Assembly: GCA_002346435.1 (NCBI GenBank)
Contig: DDZT01000064.1
Span: 1 to 53,846, forward strand
DNA from: Anaerolineales bacterium UBA3001
GTDB lineage: Bacteria; Chloroflexota; Anaerolineae; Anaerolineales; UBA11657
Reading direction: 5' to 3'
Length of the DNA: 53,846 bases
A program made the position numbers and the translations under genes. The notes under the pieces were generated by a model. It was not told the DNA's origin. It saw nothing but the letters and a program-made list of their open reading frames with translations, and searched no databases. Below, one piece after another: positions 1 through 10,069 of the stretch (its first letter is position 1; each line of letters begins with the position of its first letter).

Positions 1-166
1 CCAATTGTTTGAGTGCACGTGAATTGCATATGTCACCTGCATGCAAAATGGTAGCAACATCATTCTGATAGAAAGACTGTAGAGCTGATGCAGGTATTGT
101 TTTCATTCGTTCCGGTACATGCGAATCTGTCACCACTCCTAATACTATTTGATTTTCATTACCCAT
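1..166 (-). CDS. Metallophosphoesterase (YfcE/MJ0936-like), N-terminal fragment; gene continues past the window edge
   Basis: Not in the ORF track because it is truncated. Reverse-strand translation from ATG at 166-164 gives MGNENQIVLGVVTDSHVPERMKTIPASALQSFYQNDVATILHAGDICNSRALKQL. It carries DxH (TDSH) and GD (HAGD) motifs I/II of calcineurin-like phosphoesterases. Confidence 0.6.
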   Translation of the reverse strand, partial: MGNENQIVLGVVTDSHVPERMKTIPASALQSFYQNDVATILHAGDICNSRALKQL

Positions 167-226
167 AGAGATTAAAACATCCTAGATGTAGATCAATTTC
201 ACGATATGTGTTATACAACAATATTG

Positions 227-826
227 TTACCCGACAATTTTATGGAGATCAGTCAACGTCTGTTCAGTGTTCTCGAACAATATCCCATGCATACCTATGT
301 CAATTGCTGCATTAACATTTTCTACCATGTCATCCACAAAAACAATATTTGAGGCGTCCACTCCAATCTGATCGCAAGCATGCAAAAAAATTCTACTATC
401 AGGCTTTGCTATACCAACTTCAGCCGAAACAATAATTTCTTCAAATAATTTCAATTCGGTAATGGAATTGAATAAATTACGTGCATTTGGCCAGGCATTG
501 CTAAGAATACAAGTACGATATGTGACACCATGTGTTCCAATATAATCCATAAGTTCAATATTTATTTTGTCGCCTTTCCAAAAATCACTTTCTAGATCTA
601 TCAGTTCACTATTTGACAAACCCAGTTCTAGACCAACATAATCCCAGACATCAGAACTTTGTGCATCACCGATGGTCGCCTGCATCGCTACCGGATTATC
701 AAATACAAGCTTTGCAAGACCAAGCTTAGGAAGCCCATAACTAATCTCCCAATGACGACGTGGGGTTTGATCCACTGTCCGCATTAGAACACCGCCAAAA
801 TCAAAAATTAGTGCTTTTATTTGCAT
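227..826 (-). CDS. HAD-superfamily hydrolase (subfamily IA-like)
   Basis: 199 aa. N-terminal nucleophile motif IFDFGGVL (DxD), S/T motif ILSNA, C-terminal FVDD motif. Confidence 0.8.
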   Translation of the reverse strand: MQIKALIFDFGGVLMRTVDQTPRRHWEISYGLPKLGLAKLVFDNPVAMQATIGDAQSSDVWDYVGLELGLSNSELIDLESDFWKGDKINIELMDYIGTHGVTYRTCILSNAWPNARNLFNSITELKLFEEIIVSAEVGIAKPDSRIFLHACDQIGVDASNIVFVDDMVENVNAAIDIGMHGILFENTEQTLTDLHKIVG

Positions 827-868
827 TTTTCCTATTTATAGTACGCTGTTCTATTAACATCTTACTTT

Positions 869-1609
869 CTATAGCATAGGCCAAGGATAATTGTAATCCA
901 AACCCGGTTGTGGCAAACAACCAGAAGCAACAAGACCAGTTGCTCTTTCTGACAGAGCATTAATTTCGGCTGTGCTAAGCAATTTGCTAAGTTTATTCCT
1001 TAGTTTGCCAAAAGAATTTATAGACGTCGCCAAATCTGTAATATCTGAACACATATTCTCAGACAATTTCTCACCCGCAAAATCCCACAAAACTGTGCGT
1101 AATTTTTCTTCATAATGAAAGCATACACCATGATCTATCAACTGTATGTGACCACGGTTTGATCTGACAATATGTCCTCCTTTTCTGTCAGCATTGTTGA
1201 TCACATAATCAAAAGCTGCCACACTACGACATATTTCTCTCTCTGTATTAGTAAAATTAAAATAGTGCCCATCAGGAGCAAAGTCCACAAATAGCTGAAC
1301 AGAGCCTAACCCATATGGTCCATTCTTTCTCAAAACAGTGGGAGGAACCAAACCCCAACCAAGTGCTTCACTTATCAAATATGCAGCGACCTCTCTCTTA
1401 GCCAAAGTTCCTGAAGGAAAATCCCATAGAGGTTTCTCGCCTTTTGTTGGCTTGTATACTGCCTCTAAAGATTCTCCTTGTAAATTAACTTCAACAAGAA
1501 AAGTATAGTTGGATCCAACTTGAAAAATCCCCTTTAATTGAATCCTACCTGACCGCAATACAGAAAGTACGTGATTTGCAGCAGTAAAAGTTATATTATT
1601 TGTGCCCAT
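869..1609 (-). CDS. SCO1664-family protein with PI3/PI4-kinase-like catalytic core
   Basis: Catalytic-loop-like NNADRKGGH and DFG-like LIDHG motifs. Start moved to internal ATG 1609 (MGTNNITF...) because the longest ORF would overlap the upstream gene by 83 nt; a 14-nt overlap remains. Confidence 0.65.
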   Translation of the reverse strand: MGTNNITFTAANHVLSVLRSGRIQLKGIFQVGSNYTFLVEVNLQGESLEAVYKPTKGEKPLWDFPSGTLAKREVAAYLISEALGWGLVPPTVLRKNGPYGLGSVQLFVDFAPDGHYFNFTNTEREICRSVAAFDYVINNADRKGGHIVRSNRGHIQLIDHGVCFHYEEKLRTVLWDFAGEKLSENMCSDITDLATSINSFGKLRNKLSKLLSTAEINALSERATGLVASGCLPQPGLDYNYPWPML

Positions 1610-2150
1610 TGCTCTTGGGACAAAAATGACCTTCAGCATCAATCGGCTGCATGCAATTACCACATATTGGACGACCACTTAATACTTGTTTCTCTCCATG
1701 ATCTGCCATTTGTAACATCTGCAAACAAGTAGCCCATATACGTACTTTCACAGTCTCTGTTTCATCTTGATAATCATCTTCTACCACTTCTTGTCCCAAT
1801 TCCTGTGCTATTAGAACCATCAGCTCACTGTCCTCATCATAACCTATACCAATTTCACCTAGACGGAATAAAGGTTCAATTGGTCTCCTAAGAACCAAAT
1901 CAGGCACATCATCCAATAAAGCACCAGTCTCGAGATTAGGATGTTTTTCACTCAATCTCTTCACGAACTGACTTATACCTCCTACCAATTGCTGCACCTG
2001 AAATTTCTCACATAAAATCGTCAGTGTTTCATCTTCTTTAGCAGCTTGAATGTAAAATGTCCTATTACCAGGTTTTCCTACACACGAAGCTATCAAATGA
2101 TCTGCTGGTTTTATTTCAATTAACATTAAAGTAAACGGTCTATTTGACAA
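1596..2150 (-). CDS. DUF3090-family protein
   Basis: 184 aa. C-terminal Cys/His cluster CGNCMQPIDAEGHFCPKSNGH. Overall pattern and neighbours match the DUF3090 family as I recall it. Confidence 0.6.
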   Translation of the reverse strand: MSNRPFTLMLIEIKPADHLIASCVGKPGNRTFYIQAAKEDETLTILCEKFQVQQLVGGISQFVKRLSEKHPNLETGALLDDVPDLVLRRPIEPLFRLGEIGIGYDEDSELMVLIAQELGQEVVEDDYQDETETVKVRIWATCLQMLQMADHGEKQVLSGRPICGNCMQPIDAEGHFCPKSNGHK

Positions 2151-2748
2151 ACGCCTCAGTTGTTTGATTCATTCTAATCACCTTTACTACATCATGTGCT
2201 ATATACAATTCAGATATTGAAGCTGTGTCTATAACAATACGCTGATATAAATCTAAAGCAAGACCCATGTAATGAGCCAAAATCATTTTGATTACATCGG
2301 AGTGAGACACTAATGCCACACAAGATTTTGGGTGTCTAATAACTATAGTTTCAACCGCACCTACAGCACGACTTTGTGCATGTCGAATTGATTCTCCATC
2401 TGGAAAACTGGTTAAAGATGGTACATTTTGAATTTGATTCCACAATTTTCTCTGACGCAACACACGCAGACTTTTACCCTGCCATTGACCATATCGCACT
2501 TCACCTATTTGGGTACATTTCAATACATTAAGATCCTTGGCGGATGCAATAGGCCTAGCAGTTTCTAGTGCTCGGACAAGTGGACTTGAGTAGACATACT
2601 TAATTGGGTATGTAGCCAGATTATCAGCTAGTGTAGTAGCCTGCAATCTGCCAACCTTGTTGAGATGTACACCTTTAATCCAACCAGCTAACTTGCCAGT
2701 CTTAGTGTAATTGTTCTCAGCATGACGAACAAGTAATATACGAGTCAT
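2140..2748 (-). CDS. Histidine-phosphatase (phosphoglycerate-mutase-like) family protein, MSMEG_4193-type putative phosphomutase
   Basis: N-terminal ILLVRHAEN (RHG-type catalytic motif) and distal LVSHSDVI histidine motif. 11-nt overlap with the downstream DUF3090 gene. Confidence 0.75.
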   Translation of the reverse strand: MTRILLVRHAENNYTKTGKLAGWIKGVHLNKVGRLQATTLADNLATYPIKYVYSSPLVRALETARPIASAKDLNVLKCTQIGEVRYGQWQGKSLRVLRQRKLWNQIQNVPSLTSFPDGESIRHAQSRAVGAVETIVIRHPKSCVALVSHSDVIKMILAHYMGLALDLYQRIVIDTASISELYIAHDVVKVIRMNQTTEAFVK

Positions 2749-2892
2749 ATCACAGATTCTACCATTTGAACCTCAAATAAAACATTCAAGTATATCTATT
2801 TCTAATACTAGAAAGAATCATATCAAGGATTAATGAGCATAACTAATTTATTGAAATGTTCATAACACGCACTAATTTAATCTATTAAAGCT

Positions 2893-4275
2893 TCAATCCG
2901 ATTTGTTCGAAGGGGATTCATATTGATTTCTATCAATACCAAGTACTGATTTTTGAGCTGTTCTCCAACGTTGAAGACGTTTATCTACTTCTTTTTCATA
3001 TCCCTGGTCACTTGGTTGATAAAAACATTTACCTAACAAGCGGTCTGGTAAATATTGTTGGCCAATGTGATGACCGACTTCATTATGTGGATAGACATAC
3101 TCTGTACCATGCCCTAAAGCATCACCATCTCTATTAACATCTTTCAAATGGTTAGGTACATCTACATGACCTTCTGCTTCAACTAGTGTATAGGCTTCGA
3201 AATAGCTTTTAGTACTGTTTGATTTAGGAGCTGTAGACAAGTAAATGGTTGCCTCAACAATAGGATATACCCCTTCTGGCATTCCAATATACTCAAAAGC
3301 CTGAGAAGCAGCGATTGCTATCAAAAGCCCATTAGGGTCAGCCATCCCCACATCTTCGCTTGCCAATATAATAAGCCGGCGTAAAATGAAACGTGCTGAT
3401 TCACCAGCATATATCATTTTAGCTAGCCAATACAAAGCTGCATCAGGATCAGAACCCCTGACAGATTTGATAAAAGCACTAATAGTATCATAGTGAGCAT
3501 CACCATCCTTATCGTAATGGATTGCTCTTTTTTGTATAGATTCTTGAGCAACTTCCAATGTGATTGATATGACACCTGACATATCAACCTGACTGGATTC
3601 AACTGCCAGTTCTAGTGCATTAAGTGCGTTACGTGCATCGCCACCCGACACGGCGACCAAATGATTCATAGCCTCTGCAGATATTTCTATAGATTTATCG
3701 CCATAACCATGCTTTGAATCACTAATAGCCCGGTATAAAATTTCCCGCGTGTCATTATCGGAAAGAGCACGAAACTGAAATATTCTGGAACGAGACACCA
3801 AAGCACTAATGACTTCAAAATACGGGTTTTCAGTAGTAGCCCCTATTAATACGATCTCTCCAGATTCTACATGGGGCAATAACGCATCCTGCTGGGCCTT
3901 GTTCCATCTATGTACTTCATCCACAAAGAGTATGGTTCGAACTCCATACAACTTTCGCCTTTCTCTGGCTCCTTTTATAACTTCACGTAATTCTCGCTTA
4001 CCCGCAAGTACTGCACCCAATGTTACAAAATGAGCCTCGGTAGTATTCGCAATAATATTAGCTAGAGTGGTCTTACCAGTACCCGGAGGTCCCCACAACA
4101 AAATAGAGGAAAAAAGACTATCACTTTCGATAGCACGTCGAAGCAACCGCCCTGGTCCTACTATTTCCTGTTGCCCTACAAACTCATCTAAATCACTTGG
4201 ACGCACTCTAGCAGCCAATGGGGCTTCATACTCCATCCTACTCTGCATGGCATGATCAAACAGGTCAGGTTCCAT
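2893..4275 (-). CDS. rarA: Replication-associated recombination protein A (AAA+ ATPase, MgsA/RarA)
   Basis: Walker A GPPGTGKTT, Walker B LFVDEVHRWNK, MgsA C-terminal region AHYDTISAFIKSVRGSDPDAALYWLAKM. Confidence 0.9.
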   Translation of the reverse strand: MEPDLFDHAMQSRMEYEAPLAARVRPSDLDEFVGQQEIVGPGRLLRRAIESDSLFSSILLWGPPGTGKTTLANIIANTTEAHFVTLGAVLAGKRELREVIKGARERRKLYGVRTILFVDEVHRWNKAQQDALLPHVESGEIVLIGATTENPYFEVISALVSRSRIFQFRALSDNDTREILYRAISDSKHGYGDKSIEISAEAMNHLVAVSGGDARNALNALELAVESSQVDMSGVISITLEVAQESIQKRAIHYDKDGDAHYDTISAFIKSVRGSDPDAALYWLAKMIYAGESARFILRRLIILASEDVGMADPNGLLIAIAASQAFEYIGMPEGVYPIVEATIYLSTAPKSNSTKSYFEAYTLVEAEGHVDVPNHLKDVNRDGDALGHGTEYVYPHNEVGHHIGQQYLPDRLLGKCFYQPSDQGYEKEVDKRLQRWRTAQKSVLGIDRNQYESPSNKSD

Positions 4276-4940
4276 TACTTAAAAAATCTATACTTTACTA
4301 ACGCACGAAGTGTTGGTATACCATCTAATGGTGAAAGCTTTTTGTTATCGTAACGAGCATTATAAGTGATAGGACACTCATTAATAATGAAACCAGCACG
4401 TAATATTTTCGCAGTAATTTCCGCCTCAACATCAAAACGCCTACATTCAAGTGATAGTGTCTGAAAAACTGATCTGGTCATCATCTTGTAGCAAGTCTCC
4501 ATATCGTGTAACTTTACTTTAAACAGCCAACTAGCTATCCAGCTAAGCAGATTGTTTCCTAATCGCATTATGGTTCTCTGGCTACTAAGATCTCGTACTC
4601 CATAAACTACAGTTGCACCTTCGTGTAATATTGGTTGTATTAGGTTCAAGTAATCTTGGGGATCATACTCTAAATCAGCGTCCTGAATCACAACAATATC
4701 TCCAGTGACCGCCTCCAGCGCAGTAGCTATAGCGACACCTTTTCCTCGATTCACAGAATGCGACAACACTAATGTATCTGAATCGGAACCAAGTTTTGCC
4801 AGTATTTCACCAGATCCATCAGTAGACGAATCATCCACAAGTAGAATTTCCTTTTCCAAGGGAACTCTACGAACACGTTCAACTATTTCGTGTATTGTTT
4901 CTGCTTCATTGAAAACCGGAATAATCACTGAAAGTTTCAC
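4275..4940 (-). CDS. Family-2 glycosyltransferase (polyprenol-phosphate glycosyltransferase-like)
   Basis: LSVIIPVFNEAETI, LLVDDSSTDGS and QDADLE (DxD) motifs. Stop overlaps the rarA start by 1 nt (TAATG). Confidence 0.8.
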   Translation of the reverse strand: MKLSVIIPVFNEAETIHEIVERVRRVPLEKEILLVDDSSTDGSGEILAKLGSDSDTLVLSHSVNRGKGVAIATALEAVTGDIVVIQDADLEYDPQDYLNLIQPILHEGATVVYGVRDLSSQRTIMRLGNNLLSWIASWLFKVKLHDMETCYKMMTRSVFQTLSLECRRFDVEAEITAKILRAGFIINECPITYNARYDNKKLSPLDGIPTLRALVKYRFFK

Positions 4941-4953
4941 AAAATTAATAACC

Positions 4954-6024
4954 TCAAGGTAAATAGTTCCAAGGATTTACACGTGTGCCCTGATAATTAA
5001 TCTCGAAATGCAAATGTGGTCCTGTTGAATTTCCTGTACTACCTGACAATCCTAATACAGTACCTTGATATACTGATTGACCACAATTTACATTCCATTG
5101 AGAAAGATGTGAATAAAGTGTTTGCCATCCATTACCATGATCAACTACGACCATATAACCGTATCCCCAATTACTCCATCCAGCAAAAACTACAACTCCG
5201 CTATCTGAAGCATATATTGGAGCGCCTAAACCAGCTGCTATATCAATAGCAGGATGATATCCACTGTAATTGTAACCTGAAAGATAGCGATTACTAGCTG
5301 GCCATATAAAACTTCCGGACCCTACAGCACCACCTTGGTAACCACCTGTGCAGGCACCGGGTCCAGCGCTCATCGGAAGTGGATTACGCTTGGCTCTCGC
5401 TATTCGTGGCACGGTCCACTGCACAAAATCACGCTCTCCACCAGGGACAACAATTACACTGTCTTCAATTAGTGCAGGATTGTAAGGGTCAAGCTTATTA
5501 CCGGGCCAATTAATTATGTCTTCAGAATCAGCTCGATACACAGAGGCTAATCCATCTACAGTATCACCTTCATGAACTACTCTCACAACTCCTGTCACTG
5601 GCGATATAAGCAATTCTTGGTCAGGTCGCAATAAATGTGGATCATCTTTCAATATGGCATTACTCCATAAAATAGTTTCAGGAGTAATGCCATATTTCTC
5701 GGATATACCAAAAAGTGTGTCGCCTGACCTTACAGTATAGGTAATCACCTCTTGCCGAGGTCTGCTCGGTATATGAGTCCGAAGGTTGATGGTGCGAGTA
5801 ATCTGATCAGAAAATACACTGCCCTCAGGATACGATACAATTGAATTAACAATGTTTGCCCCATCCTCACCTGATTCTAATACTGGTTGCTCGAGCTTGG
5901 AATAATCTAAAAGCACACTGGGAAATTCGATTTCTATCTTTAAAGCACTAACACCAATAGTTACAATAACTATCAACAAGAGTACTACATGGACACCATA
6001 ACGTACAATTAATGAACGGAACAC
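4954..6024 (-). CDS. Membrane-anchored LysM-domain M23 metallopeptidase
   Basis: N-terminal TM helix, LysM-like YTVRSGDTLFGISEKYGITPETILWSN, M23 motifs HPAIDIAA and GSTGNSTGPHLHFEI. Confidence 0.85.
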   Translation of the reverse strand: MFRSLIVRYGVHVVLLLIVIVTIGVSALKIEIEFPSVLLDYSKLEQPVLESGEDGANIVNSIVSYPEGSVFSDQITRTINLRTHIPSRPRQEVITYTVRSGDTLFGISEKYGITPETILWSNAILKDDPHLLRPDQELLISPVTGVVRVVHEGDTVDGLASVYRADSEDIINWPGNKLDPYNPALIEDSVIVVPGGERDFVQWTVPRIARAKRNPLPMSAGPGACTGGYQGGAVGSGSFIWPASNRYLSGYNYSGYHPAIDIAAGLGAPIYASDSGVVVFAGWSNWGYGYMVVVDHGNGWQTLYSHLSQWNVNCGQSVYQGTVLGLSGSTGNSTGPHLHFEINYQGTRVNPWNYLP

Positions 6025-6089
6025 TTATATAAAATGTCTGCTAATTTTCCAAGTACTACCAACAAACAATCTTTGGTCATATGACAAAA

Positions 6090-7370
6090 TTAGTCGGAGT
6101 CTTTCCCTAATTGTTCCAAAAACTCAAAATTGTTCTCTGATTGTCGTATTTGCTGCATTACTGCCTCAGTCGCAGCTCCCATATCCATGCCTGCTCCCGC
6201 TGGTGCTGGAGAAATCATCTGATTATACATACGACGCATCAACCAAACTCGTTGAGTAATATCAGGTCCTAATAGTAATTCTTCTCTCCTGGTAGATGAC
6301 CGATCTATGTCAAGGGCTGGAAACACTCTACGTTCCTGCAATCTTCTCGACAAATGTAATTCCATGTTCCCAGTGCCTTTAAACTCTTCATACACCATGT
6401 CATCCATCCTTGATCCTGTATCTACCAAGCAAGTAGCAACTATAGTCAGTGAACCTCCATCTTCTATATTTCTCGCTGCTCCAAAGAAACGTTTAGGAGG
6501 GTACAAAGCTGCTGGGTCAAGTCCACCCGACAGTGTTCGACCTGAAGGAGTAACTATCAAATTATAGGCTCGAGAAAGACGAGTAATAGAATCCAACAAA
6601 ATAGCAACGTCGCGACCGCATTCTACTAAACGTCTTGCACGCTCTAAGGCCATTTCAGCGACTTTTACGTGTGCAGTAACTGGTTCATCGAATGTACTAG
6701 CTACAACTTCAGCATCTACAGAACGGTCCATATCCGTTACCTCTTCCGGACGCTCTCCAATCAATGCAACCATTAAGTGAACTTGTGGGTACTTCAGTGA
6801 AATAGCATTCGCCAACTGTTTCATTACAGTCGTTTTACCGGCCTTAGGAGGCGAGACTATTAATCCACGCTGCCCCTTACCGATAGGAGCAACTAGATTG
6901 ATAAGTCTAGTTGCTAATGAATGTTGATCAGTTTCTAAGTCAAAACGTTCATCCGGAAAAATTGGTGTTAATGAGTGAAAAGTTGGACGCTTCTTGGCCT
7001 CTTCAGGATCCATCCCATTCACTGCTTCAACACGTATCAGACCAAAATATTTTTCGCTATCTTTCGGGGGTCTGACTTGTCCAATGACCATGTCTCCTGT
7101 ACGCATACCAAAACGTTTAATCTGTGACTGACTTACATAAACATCGTCTGCACTAGGAAGCAATTGTCCGGATCTCAAAAAACCTATGCCATCATCAACT
7201 ATTTCCAAGACACCTCCCCGTAAGGTATGGCCTCCTTTCTCAGCCTTAGCCCGCAAAAGGGCTAAGACTAAATCATCCTTTTTCATTCGCCTATACCCCG
7301 ATACTTCCAACTCCTTACATAGTTTTCGTAATTCTTCCAAGGTTTTCTTTTCTAGTTTAGCTATATCCAT
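6090..7370 (-). CDS. rho: Transcription termination factor Rho
   Basis: Rho N-terminal helix bundle (LEKKTLEELRKLCKELEV), CSD-like RNA-binding region, Walker A PPKAGKTT. Start set to ATG 7370 (MDIAKLEKK), which removes the overlap with glpX. Confidence 0.95.
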   Translation of the reverse strand: MDIAKLEKKTLEELRKLCKELEVSGYRRMKKDDLVLALLRAKAEKGGHTLRGGVLEIVDDGIGFLRSGQLLPSADDVYVSQSQIKRFGMRTGDMVIGQVRPPKDSEKYFGLIRVEAVNGMDPEEAKKRPTFHSLTPIFPDERFDLETDQHSLATRLINLVAPIGKGQRGLIVSPPKAGKTTVMKQLANAISLKYPQVHLMVALIGERPEEVTDMDRSVDAEVVASTFDEPVTAHVKVAEMALERARRLVECGRDVAILLDSITRLSRAYNLIVTPSGRTLSGGLDPAALYPPKRFFGAARNIEDGGSLTIVATCLVDTGSRMDDMVYEEFKGTGNMELHLSRRLQERRVFPALDIDRSSTRREELLLGPDITQRVWLMRRMYNQMISPAPAGAGMDMGAATEAVMQQIRQSENNFEFLEQLGKDSD

Positions 7371-7374
7371 ATTA

Positions 7375-8379
7375 TTATTCCTGATCATACACAATTTGCG
7401 AAAAACGCATTAGTTTGTCCGAACGATGTTTACTAATAATTTCTCTAACAGTTCCTGATTTAGAACGCATTACTAAAGAGTGCGTTCTAGCACCATCACC
7501 AAAATATTTCACCCCGCTAACTAACTCTCCATCAGTAATCCCAGTAGCTGCAAAAAAACAATTATCGCTAGACACCAAGTCTTCCATTTGAAGGACAGAA
7601 TTGAAATCGTAACCCAATTTATGACCCAATGATTTTTCGTTATCATTCCGAGGCCAAAGTTTGCCTTGGATTTCTCCACCCATACATCTTAGTGCACAAG
7701 CTGATAACACTCCCTCCGGAGTACCACCAATTCCCATCAATACATCAATGCCTGATCCAGGCCATGCTGTCATCACTGCTCCAGCTACATCACCATCAGT
7801 GATCAAACGGATACGAGCCCCAGTATTTCGCAAGTCAGCTATAAGCTCTTCATGACGTGGGCGATCCAACACAACTACAGTAAGGTCATTAACATCGCAA
7901 CCCTTGGCTCTAGCAACGTTTGCTAAATTATCACTTGCTGGAGCCTCAACATCTATAGAATTTTTCGCATCCGGACCAACAGCTATTTTGTTCATGTAAA
8001 CAAACGGTCCCGGATTAAACATACTACCACTATCAGATGCCGCCACCGTAGCTAAAGCATTTGCGCGACCCATGGCTAGTAAACTAGTGCCATCAATTGG
8101 ATCGACAGCTATATCAATACCTGGCAAGCTGCCTGTACCTACAATTTCACCATTAAACAGCATAGGAGCATCATCCTTCTCTCCCTCTCCTATAATCACA
8201 GTTCCTGTCATATCAATCGTATTGAGCATGAGCCGCATAGCCTCCACAGCAGCATGATCACTAGCATTTTTTTCATTACGACCCATAAATCTTCCGCACG
8301 CAAGGGCGGCTGATTCTGTTACCCTTACGAGTTCAAGCGCAAGATTACGGTCTGGATTAGAAGTATTTATATCACTCAT
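7375..8379 (-). CDS. glpX: Class II fructose-1,6-bisphosphatase (GlpX type)
   Basis: 334 aa. LALELVRVTESAALA, VDPIDGT and GIGGTPEG segments are typical of GlpX. Confidence 0.9.
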   Translation of the reverse strand: MSDINTSNPDRNLALELVRVTESAALACGRFMGRNEKNASDHAAVEAMRLMLNTIDMTGTVIIGEGEKDDAPMLFNGEIVGTGSLPGIDIAVDPIDGTSLLAMGRANALATVAASDSGSMFNPGPFVYMNKIAVGPDAKNSIDVEAPASDNLANVARAKGCDVNDLTVVVLDRPRHEELIADLRNTGARIRLITDGDVAGAVMTAWPGSGIDVLMGIGGTPEGVLSACALRCMGGEIQGKLWPRNDNEKSLGHKLGYDFNSVLQMEDLVSSDNCFFAATGITDGELVSGVKYFGDGARTHSLVMRSKSGTVREIISKHRSDKLMRFSQIVYDQE

Positions 8380-8421
8380 TTTGCAAAACTACGATATGGG
8401 TATCCATATTATATTTATTGT

Positions 8422-9249
8422 TCAAGATAATGCAATTAGCAAAACATAATAGTAACTAGCTGCTCCTGCTAACAACCATGAATCAATACGATCAAGCACC
8501 CCTCCATGACCAGGAAAAATCCGACCAGTATCTTTAATGTCAACCTGACGCTTAAACAAAGATATACCTAAATCACCTATCAGACCAACTAGAGATGCTA
8601 TAACTCCAATAACTGCTCCTTGATACCACTCTAACCTATCAGGAGATAAATCCCCGATCCATTGCCAAAGTACGACCAACGCACCGCCAAAAACCGCTCC
8701 GAATACTATACCCCCTGCAAGACCTTCCCATGTCTTCTTTGGGCTTGTACGATGCACAAGCGCATGCTTTCCATAGTACCTACCAACTATATATGCACCA
8801 GTATCTGAAATCCAAACTACAGGCAATACAGTGAGAGTTAACCATTGCCCAAAAGGCAAAGCACGTAGTGACAACAAATGACCGCCTAACAGACCAATAT
8901 ACGCTGGTCCAATCAATGATAATGCCCAATTTTGCAGCGAATGTGTAGCTCCCTTCTCGTAGTCGACAATATGCCAAATAGTTGTAATCATTATTGAGAC
9001 TACAATGCAAGCAAGCAACCAATTACCTGTTGTTAGTCCACTGACAGACGCAAGCGCCCACATACTCAACAAACTGATAGCTCGAGAAGGTCGTAATGAA
9101 GCTTTAGTAGCAATTTCGCAAAACTCCCATATCGCTACTGTTAACAGAACTAATACCACAACATTGTATATCCAACCACCCTGATAAATTACCCAAAGAA
9201 ATATCGGAACTAAAAGACCTGCTGTGACTAATCTTTCGCGTAACATCAT
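8422..9249 (-). CDS. cdsA: Phosphatidate cytidylyltransferase
   Basis: Polytopic membrane protein with the CDS signature SLFKRQVDIKDTGRIFPGHGGVLDRIDS. 4-nt overlap with uppS. Confidence 0.85.
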   Translation of the reverse strand: MMLRERLVTAGLLVPIFLWVIYQGGWIYNVVVLVLLTVAIWEFCEIATKASLRPSRAISLLSMWALASVSGLTTGNWLLACIVVSIMITTIWHIVDYEKGATHSLQNWALSLIGPAYIGLLGGHLLSLRALPFGQWLTLTVLPVVWISDTGAYIVGRYYGKHALVHRTSPKKTWEGLAGGIVFGAVFGGALVVLWQWIGDLSPDRLEWYQGAVIGVIASLVGLIGDLGISLFKRQVDIKDTGRIFPGHGGVLDRIDSWLLAGAASYYYVLLIALS

Positions 9250-9977
9250 CCGATCTGCGCAGAAATTTGACCAAATCTACGCTCTCTGTTACCAAAAAAC
9301 TCAATAGCACGATATAGTTCCTTTTCATTGAAATCTGGCCAAAGAGCATCTGTAAAATACCACTCTGAATATGCACCTTGCCATACCAGGAAATTGCTAA
9401 TGCGATATTCACCACTTGTTCTAATTATCAAGTCAGGATCCGGTTGACCAGCAGTATAGAGATAGTTGCTTATTGATTCTTCAGTAATTTGTTCAACATC
9501 TAGACCATCTGAGATAATTCGCTGTACAGCACGAACCATCTCATCTCTACCACCATAATTAAAAGCTACATTTAGTACCATCTTGGAGTTATCACTGGTT
9601 AGTTGAACTGCTTCTGTAATTTTCTGCACCAGCCGCTTGTTCACTCCATTACAATGACCTAAATGTAGTATCCTAACACCATTTTTATGTAGAGATTTAA
9701 GTTCACGATCAAGCATAGTTTCTAATAACTTCATAAGCCCAGAAACTTCATCAGGCGGCCTCTGCCAATTTTCAGTAGAAAATGCATAAATGGTAAGGTG
9801 TTCAATATTCAGATTAACGCACTCTTCAATAATCTTACGTAGATTTTCCGTACCAGCACGATGCCCGGCCAACCTCGGCAAACCACGCTTCTCAGCCCAG
9901 CGACCGTTGCCATCCATTATTATGGCTACATGGCGTGGTATCACCATTTTTGAGTCAATATATTTGCTTGTAGACAT
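9246..9977 (-). CDS. uppS: Undecaprenyl/isoprenyl diphosphate synthase (cis-prenyltransferase)
   Basis: HVAIIMDGNGRWA and IRTSGEYRISNFLVWQ signatures. Confidence 0.92.
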   Translation of the reverse strand: MSTSKYIDSKMVIPRHVAIIMDGNGRWAEKRGLPRLAGHRAGTENLRKIIEECVNLNIEHLTIYAFSTENWQRPPDEVSGLMKLLETMLDRELKSLHKNGVRILHLGHCNGVNKRLVQKITEAVQLTSDNSKMVLNVAFNYGGRDEMVRAVQRIISDGLDVEQITEESISNYLYTAGQPDPDLIIRTSGEYRISNFLVWQGAYSEWYFTDALWPDFNEKELYRAIEFFGNRERRFGQISAQIG

Positions 9978-10069
9978 TTCCGAATTGATGTAAATTAGAT
10001 AATCAACCTATAATCGGGAATGAAATCCCGGGGACCAATCTTCAAACTTGTAATGCAACTGTGTACATA

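Noticed and set aside
1610-1678. Longest-ORF N-terminal extensions (SCO1664-like 1610-1678; also rho 7371-7394, pyrH 11467-11493, rpsB 13129-13188, rpmI 13931-13942, rnhB 41598-41663, PLP enzyme 22566-22610, TolB-like 45055-45150)
   Set aside because: The extensions overlap upstream genes or add non-conserved residues ahead of canonical N-termini. In-frame starts with a better RBS or conserved N-terminal sequence were preferred. They remain possible but less likely.
8780-9415. ORFs 8780-9022 and 9104-9415, same strand but in alternative frames within cdsA/uppS
   Set aside because: They overlap strongly supported cdsA and uppS frames, and their translations have no recognisable features. They are frame artefacts.
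10017-10032. Hairpin CGGGA-atgaaa-TCCCG between frr and uppS as an intrinsic terminator
   Set aside because: The stem is only 5 bp and no U-tract follows on the transcribed (minus) strand. This is too weak to call.
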